Positions 37,680 to 48,300 are shown, counted from the stretch's first letter. The stretch: DNA of 50,602 bases from an uncultured Deferribacteres bacterium (GCA_964014485.1 CAXHAT010000032.1:1-50602), one strand, 5' to 3'. Translations and numbers: made by a program. Notes: generated by a model from the letters alone, not told the origin.

Positions 37680-37991
37680 ATCTGCCAACCTTTAATGGGA
37701 GAAAAAGCGGTCTAAACAAACCAGACCATCTCTGTAGCGTTTGGTTCGTAATTTTGCTCGGGCCTGGTCGAGTATTTTCGGCTTTGACGGGGCGGGGTTT
37801 TGAGTTCGAACGGAAGTCATGCGCTCCCAAACGGGCAAAGTCACTTCTCTTATTTTTTGATTCAAAGTAGCGCGACAAGCATGGTTTGTCAAGGTAAACT
37901 TTTTAGCCAAATTGTTATTCGGCTAAACGATGCGACTTGATTACGAAGTGAGTCTGAAAACACCCGCTCCTACTTTTGTATTTGGCTCACT

Positions 37992-38015
37992 GGCGACGAT
38001 AAATCGCCGCACTCC
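37992..38015 (-). repeat. REP-like palindrome with 5' GGAG tetranucleotide
   Basis: Minus strand GGAG-T-GCGGCGAT-tt-ATCGTCGC; a half REP GTAGGAGCGGG lies at 37963-37973. Confidence 0.5.
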
Positions 38016-38075
38016 GCGAAGAAGTTGCCCAGAGATGATTTTGCAGTGTGAGCGCGAAAAACTGAAGGACAGAAA

Positions 38076-39251
38076 TTACTTCTCAATTTGTAGCAAAAAG
38101 GCGTGCAAGTAACGTCCTTCGGGATGATAAATATTGATGGGATGATCTGGGGAATGGCCGCGTTCGAGCAGGATTTTGGCGGAGACGTTTGCGTCCGTTG
38201 CGGCGGCGAAGAGGACTTTTTGGAAGAGATCGGGGGAGATGTGCTGGGAGCAGGAGCAGGTGAAAATCAGGCCGCCTGAATTGAGCCGTTGCATGGCTTT
38301 CATGTTCACGTCCTTGTAAGCGCGTGAGGCGCGGCCCACGTCCCGGCGGTGCTTGGCAAAGGCCGGCGGATCGAGAACGATCATGTCGTACGTGGCGTCA
38401 TTTTCGCGCAAGTACTGAAACATGTCCGCTGCGACAAACGCCGCGTCGTCAACGGCAAAATCGTTCAAAGCCATATTTTTCCTGGCAATTTCCAGCGCCG
38501 GTTTGGAAGAGTCTACGCTGACGACTGAACTTGCACCGCCTTTCAATGCTGCGACTGTGAAGCCGCCGGAATACGCGAAGCCGTTGAGAACGGATTTGTC
38601 CTGCGCCAACGTTTTCGCCAACGCACGATTGTCCCGCTGATCCAGAAAAAAGCCCGTCTTTTGCCCGCCGCTAACATCCGCCAAAAAGCGCATGCCGTTT
38701 TCGAGAATCTCAACGTTTTCACTGACCTCGTCGCCTGACAAAGTTTGGCGAATCGTCGGCAGTTTTTCCTCGCGCCGGTGCTGGCTGTCGGAGCGTTCAA
38801 AAATCGTGACTGGGCTGAATTCATTCTTGAGAAAATTGACAATTTCCGAGCGAAAGTTTTCAATGCCGGCGTTGCTGAAGCCGACGACAAGCGTGTCGGC
38901 ATAACGGTCAATAATCAGCCCCGGCAAGCCGTCGCCTTCCGCATTGATCACACGGTAGGCGTTGGTTTCGCCTTGAATCATGCTTTTTCGCAGACGTACG
39001 GCTTCGGCGATTCTGCCGCAAATGAAATCGGCGTCGACCGGCTCGTCTTGCCAGCGAAACAGGCGTGTGCAAATCTGAGAGTGTTTTGAGTAGAAGCCGC
39101 GAGCGAGAAACGCATCTTTTTTGGAAAAAACAGCGACTTCCGCGCCGGTCTGCGCTTCGCCTTCGAGGCGTTCCACGGCGCCGCTGAAGATCCACGGATG
39201 GAATTTACGAACTGATTTTTCGCGGCCTGGTTTTAGATAGATTTTTAGCAT
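38076..39251 (-). CDS. rlmI: 23S rRNA m5C1962 methyltransferase (RlmI-like)
   Basis: PUA-like N-terminus (HPWIFSGAV), INAEGDGLPGLIIDRY, GQKTGFFLDQRDNR, VLDPPAF, FTCSCS, DHP..PEGRYL. Confidence 0.92.
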   Translation of the reverse strand: MLKIYLKPGREKSVRKFHPWIFSGAVERLEGEAQTGAEVAVFSKKDAFLARGFYSKHSQICTRLFRWQDEPVDADFICGRIAEAVRLRKSMIQGETNAYRVINAEGDGLPGLIIDRYADTLVVGFSNAGIENFRSEIVNFLKNEFSPVTIFERSDSQHRREEKLPTIRQTLSGDEVSENVEILENGMRFLADVSGGQKTGFFLDQRDNRALAKTLAQDKSVLNGFAYSGGFTVAALKGGASSVVSVDSSKPALEIARKNMALNDFAVDDAAFVAADMFQYLRENDATYDMIVLDPPAFAKHRRDVGRASRAYKDVNMKAMQRLNSGGLIFTCSCSQHISPDLFQKVLFAAATDANVSAKILLERGHSPDHPINIYHPEGRYLHAFLLQIEK

Positions 39252-39376
39252 TTTTTAGCTCTTTTGAGATTTTTGGTCTTTGGGCGCCTCGCCGCGAATT
39301 GTCTGCTATGGCAGCGCTTTGTTTGCCCGTAATCAAAAAAAGATTTCTTCAGAATGACATTTGGGACGGGCTGATT

Positions 39377-42300
39377 TTAAAGGAAAAGGCTTTCGATGTC
39401 GCTGCGGGTCAGGTTTTTGAAAAAGGCTTGGTCCGTTGTGATGAGTTGGTCGACGAGGTCTTTTTTGCGATCCTGCAGTTCAAGCACTTTTTCTTCGACG
39501 GAGTTTTTAGTGATCAGCTTGTAAACAAAAACATGCTTGTCCTGGCCAATGCGGTGCGAGCGATCCGTCGCTTGGATTTCAACCGCCGGATTCCACCAGG
39601 GGTCGTAGTGAATGACGTAGTCGGCGGCGGTTAAGTTTAATCCTGTGCCGCCCGCGCGCAGACTGATCAGGAACGCTTTGACGTCTTTATTTTCTTGAAA
39701 ATTATTGACGCGCTGCTCTCTGTTTTGCGTGCTGCCGTCGAGGTATTCATAGACAATGTCGTTCTTTTCCATGAGGCCGCGCAACAACTTGAGCATTTTT
39801 ACAAATTGTGAGAAAACAAGAACTTTGTGGCCTTCGGAAAGAATGATCTCCAGGCGGCTGGCCAATAAGTCAAATTTTCCTGAATCGCGCTCTTCAGCGT
39901 CGATGAGCATGGGGTGACAGGCAATTTGGCGCAACTTGATCAAGCCTTCCAAAACAGTAAAACGGCTATTATTGAGACCGACTTTTTCGATTTCCTTGAT
40001 GATGGCCGCGCGATAGTAATCCCGCCAGTAATTGTAGACTTTCTCTTGTTCCGGCGACATGCGAGCGTACAAAATGCTCTCGGTTTTTGGCGGTAAATCG
40101 AGTTCAACTTGTTCTTTGCGCCGACGGAGAATGAACGGAAAAACAAGGCGCTGAAGCAAATCCGCCGCTTTGGCGTCCTGCCTGTTTTCTATGGCGTTGG
40201 CAAAGCCGCGCTGAAAATAGCGCTGCGTCCCAAGCAGGCCTGGATTCAAGAAAGTCATCTGCGACCACAGTTCGAGCGTCCTGTTTTCCACCGGCGTTCC
40301 TGTCAGCGCCAATCGATGACCCGCTGTTAAAACGCGCGACGCTTTCGCCGTTTGCGAGCCTGGATTTTTGATGTTTTGCGATTCATCCAAAATGGCGTAG
40401 TGAAACCGAAAATCTTTCAGGAATTCAATATCGCGGCGGAGAACGCCGTAGCTGGTCAAAATAATATCGTATTCTTCAAAGCCAACACAATCTCGCTGGC
40501 GCTCAACGCCGGTGTGTCGCAGGATTTTGAGCGTGGGGCCGAATTTTTCAACCTCGCGCTCCCAGTTGAAAATCACCGAAGTCGGCGCGACGATCAGGCT
40601 GGTGATTTTGTCATGCTTGCTCTTTTCGTGCAAAAGCAAGGTGATGGTTTGCACGGTTTTTCCAAGCCCCATGTCGTCCGCCAGGCAGCCGCCGAACGCA
40701 TGGTTTTGCAGGAAAATCATCCAGTGGAGACCCGATTTTTGGTAAGGGCGGAGCTCTCCTTGCAGCTCATCAGGAACGGGAACTGCTGGAATTCCAGAGA
40801 AATTTTTTAAACGCTGAACAAATTTTTTGTACCCGGAGTCCGTGTGCTGAGCGTCAGCCTCGGCGGCAAGCAGATCAATGAAGGTGGCGTGACACTTTGC
40901 GATTTGCATTGTGTCGTCTTCCCCGATCGTTTCGCTTAGTTGCATCAAATGTTGGAAGCGCCGGAGCCATTCATCGGGGATTTTTACCGTTGAACCGTCG
41001 TTAAGCAGGACGTACGGAACGCCGGCTTTGAGCGCTTTCCTGAGCTGGCTTAATGAGACGCGCACGCCGTCAAAATCGACGATCAACTTAAAGTCAAACC
41101 AATCGATGCGCGATTTGACTTCAATTTCTACGTTTGGCGTTGCTCGCCGAACTTTGACGTGCTCCAGCTCATTTTCGCCAATAATATCAAAACCCGCGTC
41201 GATCAAAGTCTGCACTTTTTCGATCATCCAGTCGAGCGAGTCGTCCGGCTTAACAGCAAAAACGCCGTGTTTGACATGCTGGGCTCCGGTGTCTTCAAGC
41301 AGCTTGAGGCTTTCTTGTTCCATCCTTTGATCGCGCTGGATGCGCAAGATTCCCGCTCCTTGCTCTCGCGGTTTAAAACTGTGTTTTGAGAAGGCCATTT
41401 GATCAAATTCAAAATCGCCGTAAGAAAAGCGCAGTTCGGTTTCCAAGCGCCCGGCAAGTTCACGGAGATAAAGGCGCGGGACGCCAATGGTTTTGTAGTC
41501 TTCAACCGGGATGTCTTCGTGAATCGTCAGAATTTGTGCGAATTCCGGATTGTCCTGAACCGATTGCATGAAATCGGGGAATTCCGCGTTCGGCACGCTA
41601 AGCTCAAACAGTTTCTGTTGAAAGGGAAAAATGAGCGCAGGATCGGTCGGCTCTTCAAGCTGGATCAGGGTTTCGCCTCTGAGCAGCCAGATTGGATCCT
41701 TGGTCAGCAGCAGATGGTCTTCATTGATCTCTTCTCGGATTCCAGCCCATTTTAAGACCGGGCGACATTCAACGGCGCCTGATCTTAGCTCAGTTCTGAA
41801 TTGCACCACGCCTTTTTCAGGGCTGATGCGAATAGGTTCTTTAAAAACGTCTTGTTCTCTTTCAAGGTAGACTTTGCTGCCGCGCAAGAGGTCAAAAAGC
41901 AAGCCGCAATCATCGCCCATTTCAAAAAATGATTGTCTGGGATGGGCCAGGCGCGCCGCGTTGCCCGAAGCGGGCGCGGGACGCAATCGGTGGCCAAGAA
42001 AGGAAACCGCGAAACGTTCCTGCTCAGTTAATGAGAGCTTTTCGTCGGCTTCTTTGGCGTCAGACATTCGCGTTAGGCGACCGAGCGTGCCGTCTCTTTT
42101 TACGAAGGCTTTTTTGACGTAAAGATTCCAGTAGCTTTTTTTGGCTTCGAGAAAAAACACCACCGTCCAAATCGATTGCAGCGCTTCGCGCTCGGGGACG
42201 ATTTTTTTGACAAAGCTCTCCCAAGGCTTCAAACGGCGAACGGTCGCTCGATTGGGTCGCGAAATTGAGGAAAGGTTCAAACCGCCGGCTTTGGACGGCT

Positions 42301-42658
42301 GACTGCCGTTATTTTGAATTTGATGTTCGTTTTGCCTTTCCAGTGCAAACCCAAGCGCGGCGCTGTGCTTGCAGACGCCTTCGCCGGAATATTCGCAGTT
42401 GCAAACAAAGGTTGGTTCGCCGTCATCGGCTTCAGGGAAAAAATCAACGGTGTACGTCTTTTGTCCAAGCACGTGCGCCCGTATTTTTTCCTGTGTTTTT
42501 TGGACGATTTTGACCCGCTCCGCTATAAAATAACTTCTGCCGAGGCTGAAATTTTCTTTCGTCGCGAGCTTTTCCAAAACGGCCCTAGTAAGGCGATTTT
42601 CTGCGAGGCTCAAAGCGTCACATCCTTTCCATTTTGCAATATGCGGTGAATTTGGCAA
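39377..42658 (-). CDS. SWIM zinc finger + SNF2-family helicase/ATPase
   Basis: SWIM CNC..CKH; LRPYQ, LADDMGLGKT, DESQ, ALTGTPVEN, SLRAGGTGLNLT, DPWWNP, QATDRSHRIGQ; start uncertain. Confidence 0.92.
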   Translation of the reverse strand: MPNSPHIAKWKGCDALSLAENRLTRAVLEKLATKENFSLGRSYFIAERVKIVQKTQEKIRAHVLGQKTYTVDFFPEADDGEPTFVCNCEYSGEGVCKHSAALGFALERQNEHQIQNNGSQPSKAGGLNLSSISRPNRATVRRLKPWESFVKKIVPEREALQSIWTVVFFLEAKKSYWNLYVKKAFVKRDGTLGRLTRMSDAKEADEKLSLTEQERFAVSFLGHRLRPAPASGNAARLAHPRQSFFEMGDDCGLLFDLLRGSKVYLEREQDVFKEPIRISPEKGVVQFRTELRSGAVECRPVLKWAGIREEINEDHLLLTKDPIWLLRGETLIQLEEPTDPALIFPFQQKLFELSVPNAEFPDFMQSVQDNPEFAQILTIHEDIPVEDYKTIGVPRLYLRELAGRLETELRFSYGDFEFDQMAFSKHSFKPREQGAGILRIQRDQRMEQESLKLLEDTGAQHVKHGVFAVKPDDSLDWMIEKVQTLIDAGFDIIGENELEHVKVRRATPNVEIEVKSRIDWFDFKLIVDFDGVRVSLSQLRKALKAGVPYVLLNDGSTVKIPDEWLRRFQHLMQLSETIGEDDTMQIAKCHATFIDLLAAEADAQHTDSGYKKFVQRLKNFSGIPAVPVPDELQGELRPYQKSGLHWMIFLQNHAFGGCLADDMGLGKTVQTITLLLHEKSKHDKITSLIVAPTSVIFNWEREVEKFGPTLKILRHTGVERQRDCVGFEEYDIILTSYGVLRRDIEFLKDFRFHYAILDESQNIKNPGSQTAKASRVLTAGHRLALTGTPVENRTLELWSQMTFLNPGLLGTQRYFQRGFANAIENRQDAKAADLLQRLVFPFILRRRKEQVELDLPPKTESILYARMSPEQEKVYNYWRDYYRAAIIKEIEKVGLNNSRFTVLEGLIKLRQIACHPMLIDAEERDSGKFDLLASRLEIILSEGHKVLVFSQFVKMLKLLRGLMEKNDIVYEYLDGSTQNREQRVNNFQENKDVKAFLISLRAGGTGLNLTAADYVIHYDPWWNPAVEIQATDRSHRIGQDKHVFVYKLITKNSVEEKVLELQDRKKDLVDQLITTDQAFFKNLTRSDIESLFL

Positions 42659-42894
42659 GCTTGTAATATACAGCGCGACCTTAAGAATTCCAAATAAATC
42701 TCCTCATTCATGAAAAGCCCGAAATTGACATGCCTTTTAGGGGGCTAACTCTTGAGCTTTGAGCGCGATCAGTACCGAGCGGTGACAATGATTTTGCTTC
42801 CTCAGCTTTTGGCTCTTCAAAACGAAAAAACCTGGGCCCGTTGCATTTAACCGACATTCCGCACATGAGCTTTGTAGATAGGGACAATTTTTTC

Positions 42895-42997
42895 TCTCAT
42901 TAGCGCCGTCCTTCCTGCTCCCATCGCACTTGCGCGGCGGGGAAGAGAAATAGAGCGATTTTATCAAACCCCGGTTTTCAAGCCGGGGCTAATGAGA
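42895..42997. repeat. Degenerate REP-like inverted doublet
   Basis: TCTCATTAGC (42895-42904) / GCTAATGAGA (42988-42997), with hairpin CCCCGGTT..AGCCGGGG (42969-42988). Confidence 0.45.
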
Positions 42998-43006
42998 TCC
43001 AAAATC

Positions 43007-43032
43007 AAATAAGCCGCCATATTCCTGGCGGC
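43007..43032 (-). terminator. Putative intrinsic terminator after the YfhO gene
   Basis: Minus strand GCCGCCA-ggaata-TGGCGGC followed by TTATTT. Confidence 0.45.
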
Positions 43033-43113
43033 GAAAAAGCGTCGGATAGTGATGGACGGAATGTTTGGAAACCCCCATTCTGATTGTTTCGCTTCTTTCC
43101 TGAATCACTCAGG

Positions 43114-45693
43114 CTAAGTTGGCGAGTCTTTTTTTCTGCCGAAGAAAATCAGCGCCCCAACGATGAGCGTGCTCAGAATACTCAAAACCAGGCCAAAATT
43201 AAAACCGCTCGAAGAAAATTCGAAAACGATCTCGTGCTCACCCGCGGGCACGGCCACGGCGCGGAAAGCGTGATTGGCTTGCAAAATATCAGCGTCTTCG
43301 CCGTCAATTTTTGCGTGCCAGCCCGGCGGAAACCATGTGTCGGAAAGCACAAGCATTTGCGGTTTTTGCGCCGAGGTTTTCACGCGGATTTCGTGCAGGT
43401 TGTAATTCAAAACTTCTGACGTTGCCGTTGAATCGGGTGTCGGTTTTGGGGACGGCTCTTCGTAAAGAATAACGCTTTCGCGCGGATTGACTGCGCCGGT
43501 AGCGAGTGCTGTGACGGCTTGTCGTCCGCCGTCCATTTTTTGGTAATTTCCCACCAGCCAGGCGCGCGGCAAAACGCTAGTATTTTCATATACTTGCATC
43601 GGAAACTGCTGCCGCCCAAGGCTTTGCTGGACTTGCCCCTTCAAACGCATCGTCGGCTCGGGAATCGGGTAAGGTGAAAGCAGGTATTTGATATTCATCA
43701 TGTCGAGCAAGTTCTGGTGCGCAATGCGTGTGCGCGGGGCAATTTGACCGTCGGGAACCGGCTCGAGACGCTGGCCGCTGGCGCGATAATATTTCGCCAT
43801 GTAGCCGCCCAAAATTTGTGTGCCGTCGAGCAAATCCTGGTAGACGCGCGGCTTTGCGGCGTGATACCCGCCGACGCTTTGCAGACCTTGAGCCGAGAAG
43901 CGGTTCTCCCCGGAGAGCCCAAGACCTCCGGCCCGAAAATCCACCGGAAAAATGCGATACGCCGACTTATCGTCCGCCAGAAGTTTTGCCAATTGATCGT
44001 CCTCGAGATAACGCTCAAGTGCAACGTCGTCCTGCGGTTCGTTTATTTTGCTGTTGACGATCCAAAGATCGACGACTGTGATCAGCAAGACGAGCGCGGC
44101 AAAAGTTTTCGGCTGCATTTTGCCCTGTTGTACGCGATGCAGCAAGAGCAGTCCGCCGGCGACAAAAAACGCGATCAACCAGACGTCCTTGAGCAGCATA
44201 TCAAAACGCATTTGGTTAATTTGCGCCATCGCCGAGGGAGCGAAGCGTGCGGGAGCTTGCGCGTACTGACTTTGCATGAACGAGAAAAAACCGGATTGGG
44301 CGATGGTAAGAATTAGCGCTATGCCAAGCACCGCCAGCGAAGCATAAAGAAACGTGGGTTTCGCGCCCTTTTCACGACTCTTTTTCTTTTCAGAAGACTC
44401 GGTATTCCGAGCCATCAGTTTTTGCAGGCCAAGACCGGCAAGCACGGCGAAACTCATTTGGACGATGACCAGAATCATCACCGGCACGCGGAACTTGTTG
44501 AACATCGGGAAGACGTTGTAGAAAAATTTATAGACCGGCGAAAAGTTTTTGCCGAAGGAAATGAGCAAAGCGAGAAAAATGACGATCCCCAGAAACCAGA
44601 CGAACGGTTCTTTTCGTCCAGCCACAATCGCGAAAATTCCAAGCAGGAAAATGAGAATGCCCATGTAGTGCGGGTAGTCGGTGAACGGCATCGTGCCCCA
44701 GTAAGTGCTGCCGCCGTAGCCGTAATATGACGGGAAAATAAAAGTCATCATTTCACCGCTGGAAAACGACCACTCCGTCGCGTAATCAAAGCCGACGCCA
44801 TCTTCGTCCGCCTGTTCGGCAAAAGCGGAGGCGGAGCCGCGAATGGAGTGCGGCGTGTATTCGAGAATTGGCAGGTAGAGCATGGCGGCCATGCCAAATC
44901 CCAGCGCCAGCACCGCCGCAAATCGTCCGGCGATTTTGCCAAGCTCCCCGGTCTGCTTCTCACGGATTTTCTGGATGACGGTGAAGACGAGAAATGCGCC
45001 GAGCAGCATCCAGGTGTAATAAACGATTTGCACATGCCCGCGCTGGAATTGCAGGCCGAGAAACAGCGCCGTGAGTCCGAGATTGCCCCAGCCCCCGCGC
45101 TCAAAAAGGCGGTTGATCGACCAAAAAGCGAGCGGCATGTAAGCTGCGGTCATCAATTTCGAGCCGTGACCGTGAACTTCCATCGAGATGAGATGGGTGG
45201 TGAACATGAATGCAAATCCGCCAAGCAGCGCCGGTAAAAATGACGCGCCTCGGTCGCGCAAAATCAGGAAAATGCCGATGGCGGCGAAAGGATAATGTAA
45301 AACGTGCAGCAAAGCAGGCGGCGGTTCGGCGATGAGGTAAAACAGATTAAAAGGGAGCTGCGGCAAATAGACAAAGGGCGTGAAAATCAGGCTGGCGTAG
45401 GACGGCATGCCGCCGAAAACATAAGGCGTCCAGAGCGCGTGAACGCCGTCGCCGCGCAACGCTTGCCACAGCGGTTTCGAGAGCGCGGCGGGCGCCATTG
45501 CGTCCGGCGTCATGTAGGTTTTGCCGAGAAAAATGACTTCGTGGTAAAAAATAAAAATGAATATTGCGTACAAACTCAGCGCCGCGAGAACGGGATGATT
45601 TCTTCCCCATGCAAAAAGCGCGTTGTCTTCAATCCACGGCGTTTGCCGCTGAATTTTCGGAGCGGGTTGTTTGTTTTTTTTACGTTTGGCCAT
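43114..45693 (-). CDS. YfhO-family polytopic membrane protein (putative GT-C glycosyltransferase)
   Basis: LWTPYVFGGMP, GHVQIVYY, YWGTMPFT..YMG, FNKFRVP, LPRAW, LVLSDTWFPPGW.A.IDG, ANHAFRAV.VPAGEHEI. Confidence 0.88.
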   Translation of the reverse strand: MAKRKKNKQPAPKIQRQTPWIEDNALFAWGRNHPVLAALSLYAIFIFIFYHEVIFLGKTYMTPDAMAPAALSKPLWQALRGDGVHALWTPYVFGGMPSYASLIFTPFVYLPQLPFNLFYLIAEPPPALLHVLHYPFAAIGIFLILRDRGASFLPALLGGFAFMFTTHLISMEVHGHGSKLMTAAYMPLAFWSINRLFERGGWGNLGLTALFLGLQFQRGHVQIVYYTWMLLGAFLVFTVIQKIREKQTGELGKIAGRFAAVLALGFGMAAMLYLPILEYTPHSIRGSASAFAEQADEDGVGFDYATEWSFSSGEMMTFIFPSYYGYGGSTYWGTMPFTDYPHYMGILIFLLGIFAIVAGRKEPFVWFLGIVIFLALLISFGKNFSPVYKFFYNVFPMFNKFRVPVMILVIVQMSFAVLAGLGLQKLMARNTESSEKKKSREKGAKPTFLYASLAVLGIALILTIAQSGFFSFMQSQYAQAPARFAPSAMAQINQMRFDMLLKDVWLIAFFVAGGLLLLHRVQQGKMQPKTFAALVLLITVVDLWIVNSKINEPQDDVALERYLEDDQLAKLLADDKSAYRIFPVDFRAGGLGLSGENRFSAQGLQSVGGYHAAKPRVYQDLLDGTQILGGYMAKYYRASGQRLEPVPDGQIAPRTRIAHQNLLDMMNIKYLLSPYPIPEPTMRLKGQVQQSLGRQQFPMQVYENTSVLPRAWLVGNYQKMDGGRQAVTALATGAVNPRESVILYEEPSPKPTPDSTATSEVLNYNLHEIRVKTSAQKPQMLVLSDTWFPPGWHAKIDGEDADILQANHAFRAVAVPAGEHEIVFEFSSSGFNFGLVLSILSTLIVGALIFFGRKKDSPT

Positions 45694-45807
45694 TGGTTTT
45701 GATTCTTATGCTCAGGTTGAATTAAGGCAATAAAGCTTTCTGCTCCCGCATCACAGGCTGTTGCGCAAGTGTTTGCCCTCCTTGCGCCCTTGTTTTTGTG
45801 CCTGTCA

Positions 45808-46020
45808 TTATGCTCTTGCTTCCCCGGCGAACTTTTTTTTCACGGAGCTTTTTGCCGAAACCCCATTTTTGCTGTTTTTCGCAAAAGAAATGATTTTTTT
45901 CCCGCAGAGTTTTTGGCGCTTTTGATACTCTTGTACAATTGCGTATATATCATAATCGAATTTCGCTGCATGTTCCTGACGAATTTGATGAATTTCTTCA
46001 ATAATCGGATCATTCCACAT
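45808..46020 (-). CDS. Small protein, putative antitoxin partner of the PIN protein
   Basis: MWNDPIIEEIHQIRQEHA..FDYD motif; start overlaps the 3' end of the PIN gene. Confidence 0.65.
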   Translation of the reverse strand: MWNDPIIEEIHQIRQEHAAKFDYDIYAIVQEYQKRQKLCGKKIISFAKNSKNGVSAKSSVKKKFAGEARA

Positions 46021-46498
46021 TGTCTTGCTCTCCAGGTAGTTCTTCAGGGGTACAGATAATCGGCGGTTGATAACTGTTCTGAAGGATTACTTTTTCGATT
46101 ACCGCCCGCATCTGCGCATTAGCTATATGCTTGCAATTCCATGTAATCAAAAATTCCATGCCGTGGACAGCGGCGACGGCGATATGTAAAGCGTCTTCTG
46201 TCGCCTTTTTCGGCAAGCACCTGCCCATAATTAACTTTCCAGCCAACTCAGCCGCTTCATTGTTCACGTCAAGTAACTGAATTTCTTTTAATGCTCGAAT
46301 CCTTTTTGTCGCCGCATTCGAATCACCGGCGCTAGCTTCCTCATGCACGATCATTGAAGTGTAAAGATCGTAGGCTGAACGCTGATTATCCCACCAATCT
46401 TGGGTGATTTCTTGATGCGCGGCTACAATCAAATCGCGACTTATTCGTGCTGTATAATAACTGATGACACTCGTCTCAATATACGCTTTCGGTTTCAT
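46010..46498 (-). CDS. PIN-domain (VapC-like) toxin
   Basis: AYIETSVISY, EDALHIAVAA, LITWNCKHIAN, IICTPEEL. Confidence 0.85.
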   Translation of the reverse strand: MKPKAYIETSVISYYTARISRDLIVAAHQEITQDWWDNQRSAYDLYTSMIVHEEASAGDSNAATKRIRALKEIQLLDVNNEAAELAGKLIMGRCLPKKATEDALHIAVAAVHGMEFLITWNCKHIANAQMRAVIEKVILQNSYQPPIICTPEELPGEQDNVE

Positions 46499-46648
46499 GA
46501 GAACAACGCCTAAGCATATCTAATGAAATGATATTTTCTTTTTGCTTTTACGAGGGCGCGCCAAGGTAACGCTTTCGCTCGCTCAGAGAGCAAGCGACAT
46601 TGTACAACGCAATATAACGCCAGACAAGTTTATGTACTCCGATGAAGT

Positions 46649-47197
46649 TCAGTCAATCCCTTTTTTCAAGTATGTTTCATAGCCTTCCAACAACCCTTCT
46701 TCACTGTTTATCAAATTCTCCAAAAGCAACAAAAATACTTTCTTCGTTTCAGCATCAGTCGAAATGGCGTTATCGGAGCCGTAGTCTATCAATTTTTCGG
46801 TCTTTATTCTTAAGTATTGTTTCGCATTTTCGATCTCCGTCATCTGCGATATAACTTCAAAATCTATCAGCTCCAGCTTCGAATTGAGAACCGACCTCCA
46901 CGAGGTATTCTTCACCGTTGGAATTTGAACGCCGTTCGCCTTATTCACGACTTCAATTAAAGGAATGCTGTCATCGGCGGAATAGAATTCTAACGTATCA
47001 GCCAAAGCGTATTGTTTTTCCAGCACTTCTTCAAATTCTTGCTTATTCGCTTTCATCTCCTTTTTGATTGAAGCCAAAACCCGCTTGACAAATCGTTCGT
47101 CGTCTACTCCGTCCTTCCAGTCGTTAATAAACAGTGCGATCAAAACGCCCAAAATGACTGGGATCATATCAACAAGCAGCTTTTGCAATGTTTTCAA
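46649..47197 (-). CDS. Hypothetical membrane-anchored protein (DUF6090-like)
   Basis: DMIPVILGVLIALFINDW anchor followed by a helical region; TTG start. Confidence 0.6.
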   Translation of the reverse strand: MKTLQKLLVDMIPVILGVLIALFINDWKDGVDDERFVKRVLASIKKEMKANKQEFEEVLEKQYALADTLEFYSADDSIPLIEVVNKANGVQIPTVKNTSWRSVLNSKLELIDFEVISQMTEIENAKQYLRIKTEKLIDYGSDNAISTDAETKKVFLLLLENLINSEEGLLEGYETYLKKGID

Positions 47198-47232
47198 GAG
47201 TTAATCAACCTTTTTTCTTGCAAAGAAAAGAG

Positions 47233-48300
47233 TCATTGACCGCCCAAAGCTTCCGCGACCGCGCGGCCCAAGTCACGCGTCGTTGCCGTTCCGCCCATAT
47301 CCGGCGTTAAATGTTGCGCTTTGCGTAAAACGGTCTCAATCGCACGCATGATATCGTCGTGCATGTTCGTATAGCCAAGATGCTGCATCATCATCGCTCC
47401 CGCCCAGATCGCGCCGACGGGATTGGCGATTCCTTGACCGGCGATGTCCGGCGCCGAGCCGTGAACCGGTTCGAACATTGAAGGAAAAGTTCTTTCCGGA
47501 TTTATGTTTGCCGACGGTGCTATGCCAATCGTGCCCGTGCAGGCGGGCCCCAGGTCGGAAAGAATGTCGCCAAACAGGTTGGAGCCGACCACCACATCGA
47601 AATGCTCCGGCATGCGCACGAAATGAGCCGTCAAAATGTCGATATGAAACTGTTCGACGGTGATTTCGGGATAGTTTTTTGCGATTGCTTTTACCCGACT
47701 GTCCCAGAAAGGCATGGTGTGAAAAATACCGTTTGATTTTGTTGCGGAAGTCAGACGCTTGGCCGGGCAGCGTTTTGCCAGTTCAAACGCATATTTGAGA
47801 ATGCGGTCAACGCCCTGGCGCGTAAACATGCTGACTTGCGTGACCGCTTCCCGATCCGTGCCTTCATATTGCACGCCGCCGATTGAGGAATATTCGCCTT
47901 CCACATTTTCGCGTACCACCCAAAAGTCGACGTCTCCCGGCTTTTTGCCAGCGAGCGGGCACGGAACGCCCTCAAACAGCCTAACCGGCCGCAGGTTCAC
48001 ATATTGATCAAACGCTCTTCGAATCGGAATAAGTAAGCCCCAAAGCGAGATATGATCCGGCACGCCCGGATAGCCCACAGCCCCAAGATAGATGGTGTCA
48101 AATCGGCGCAACTTTTCCAAGGCGTCTTCCGGCGCCATACGTCCCGTCTTATGAAATGTCTCGCAGGACCAGTCAAACTCGATCCACTCAAAGCTGACGT
48201 CGTACGCCTTGCCGCTGGATTCCAAAACTTGAATGCCTTCAGGTATGACCTCTTTGCCGATACCGTCGCCGGGAATAACAGCGATTTTTACTACTGCCAT
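47233..48300 (-). CDS. dmlA: Tartrate dehydrogenase / D-malate dehydrogenase (decarboxylating)
   Basis: IAVIPGDGIGKEV, VPDHISLWGLL, SATKSNG..MPFWD, NLFGDILSDLGPACTG, FEPVHGSAPDI. Confidence 0.9.
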   Translation of the reverse strand: MAVVKIAVIPGDGIGKEVIPEGIQVLESSGKAYDVSFEWIEFDWSCETFHKTGRMAPEDALEKLRRFDTIYLGAVGYPGVPDHISLWGLLIPIRRAFDQYVNLRPVRLFEGVPCPLAGKKPGDVDFWVVRENVEGEYSSIGGVQYEGTDREAVTQVSMFTRQGVDRILKYAFELAKRCPAKRLTSATKSNGIFHTMPFWDSRVKAIAKNYPEITVEQFHIDILTAHFVRMPEHFDVVVGSNLFGDILSDLGPACTGTIGIAPSANINPERTFPSMFEPVHGSAPDIAGQGIANPVGAIWAGAMMMQHLGYTNMHDDIMRAIETVLRKAQHLTPDMGGTATTRDLGRAVAEALGGQ

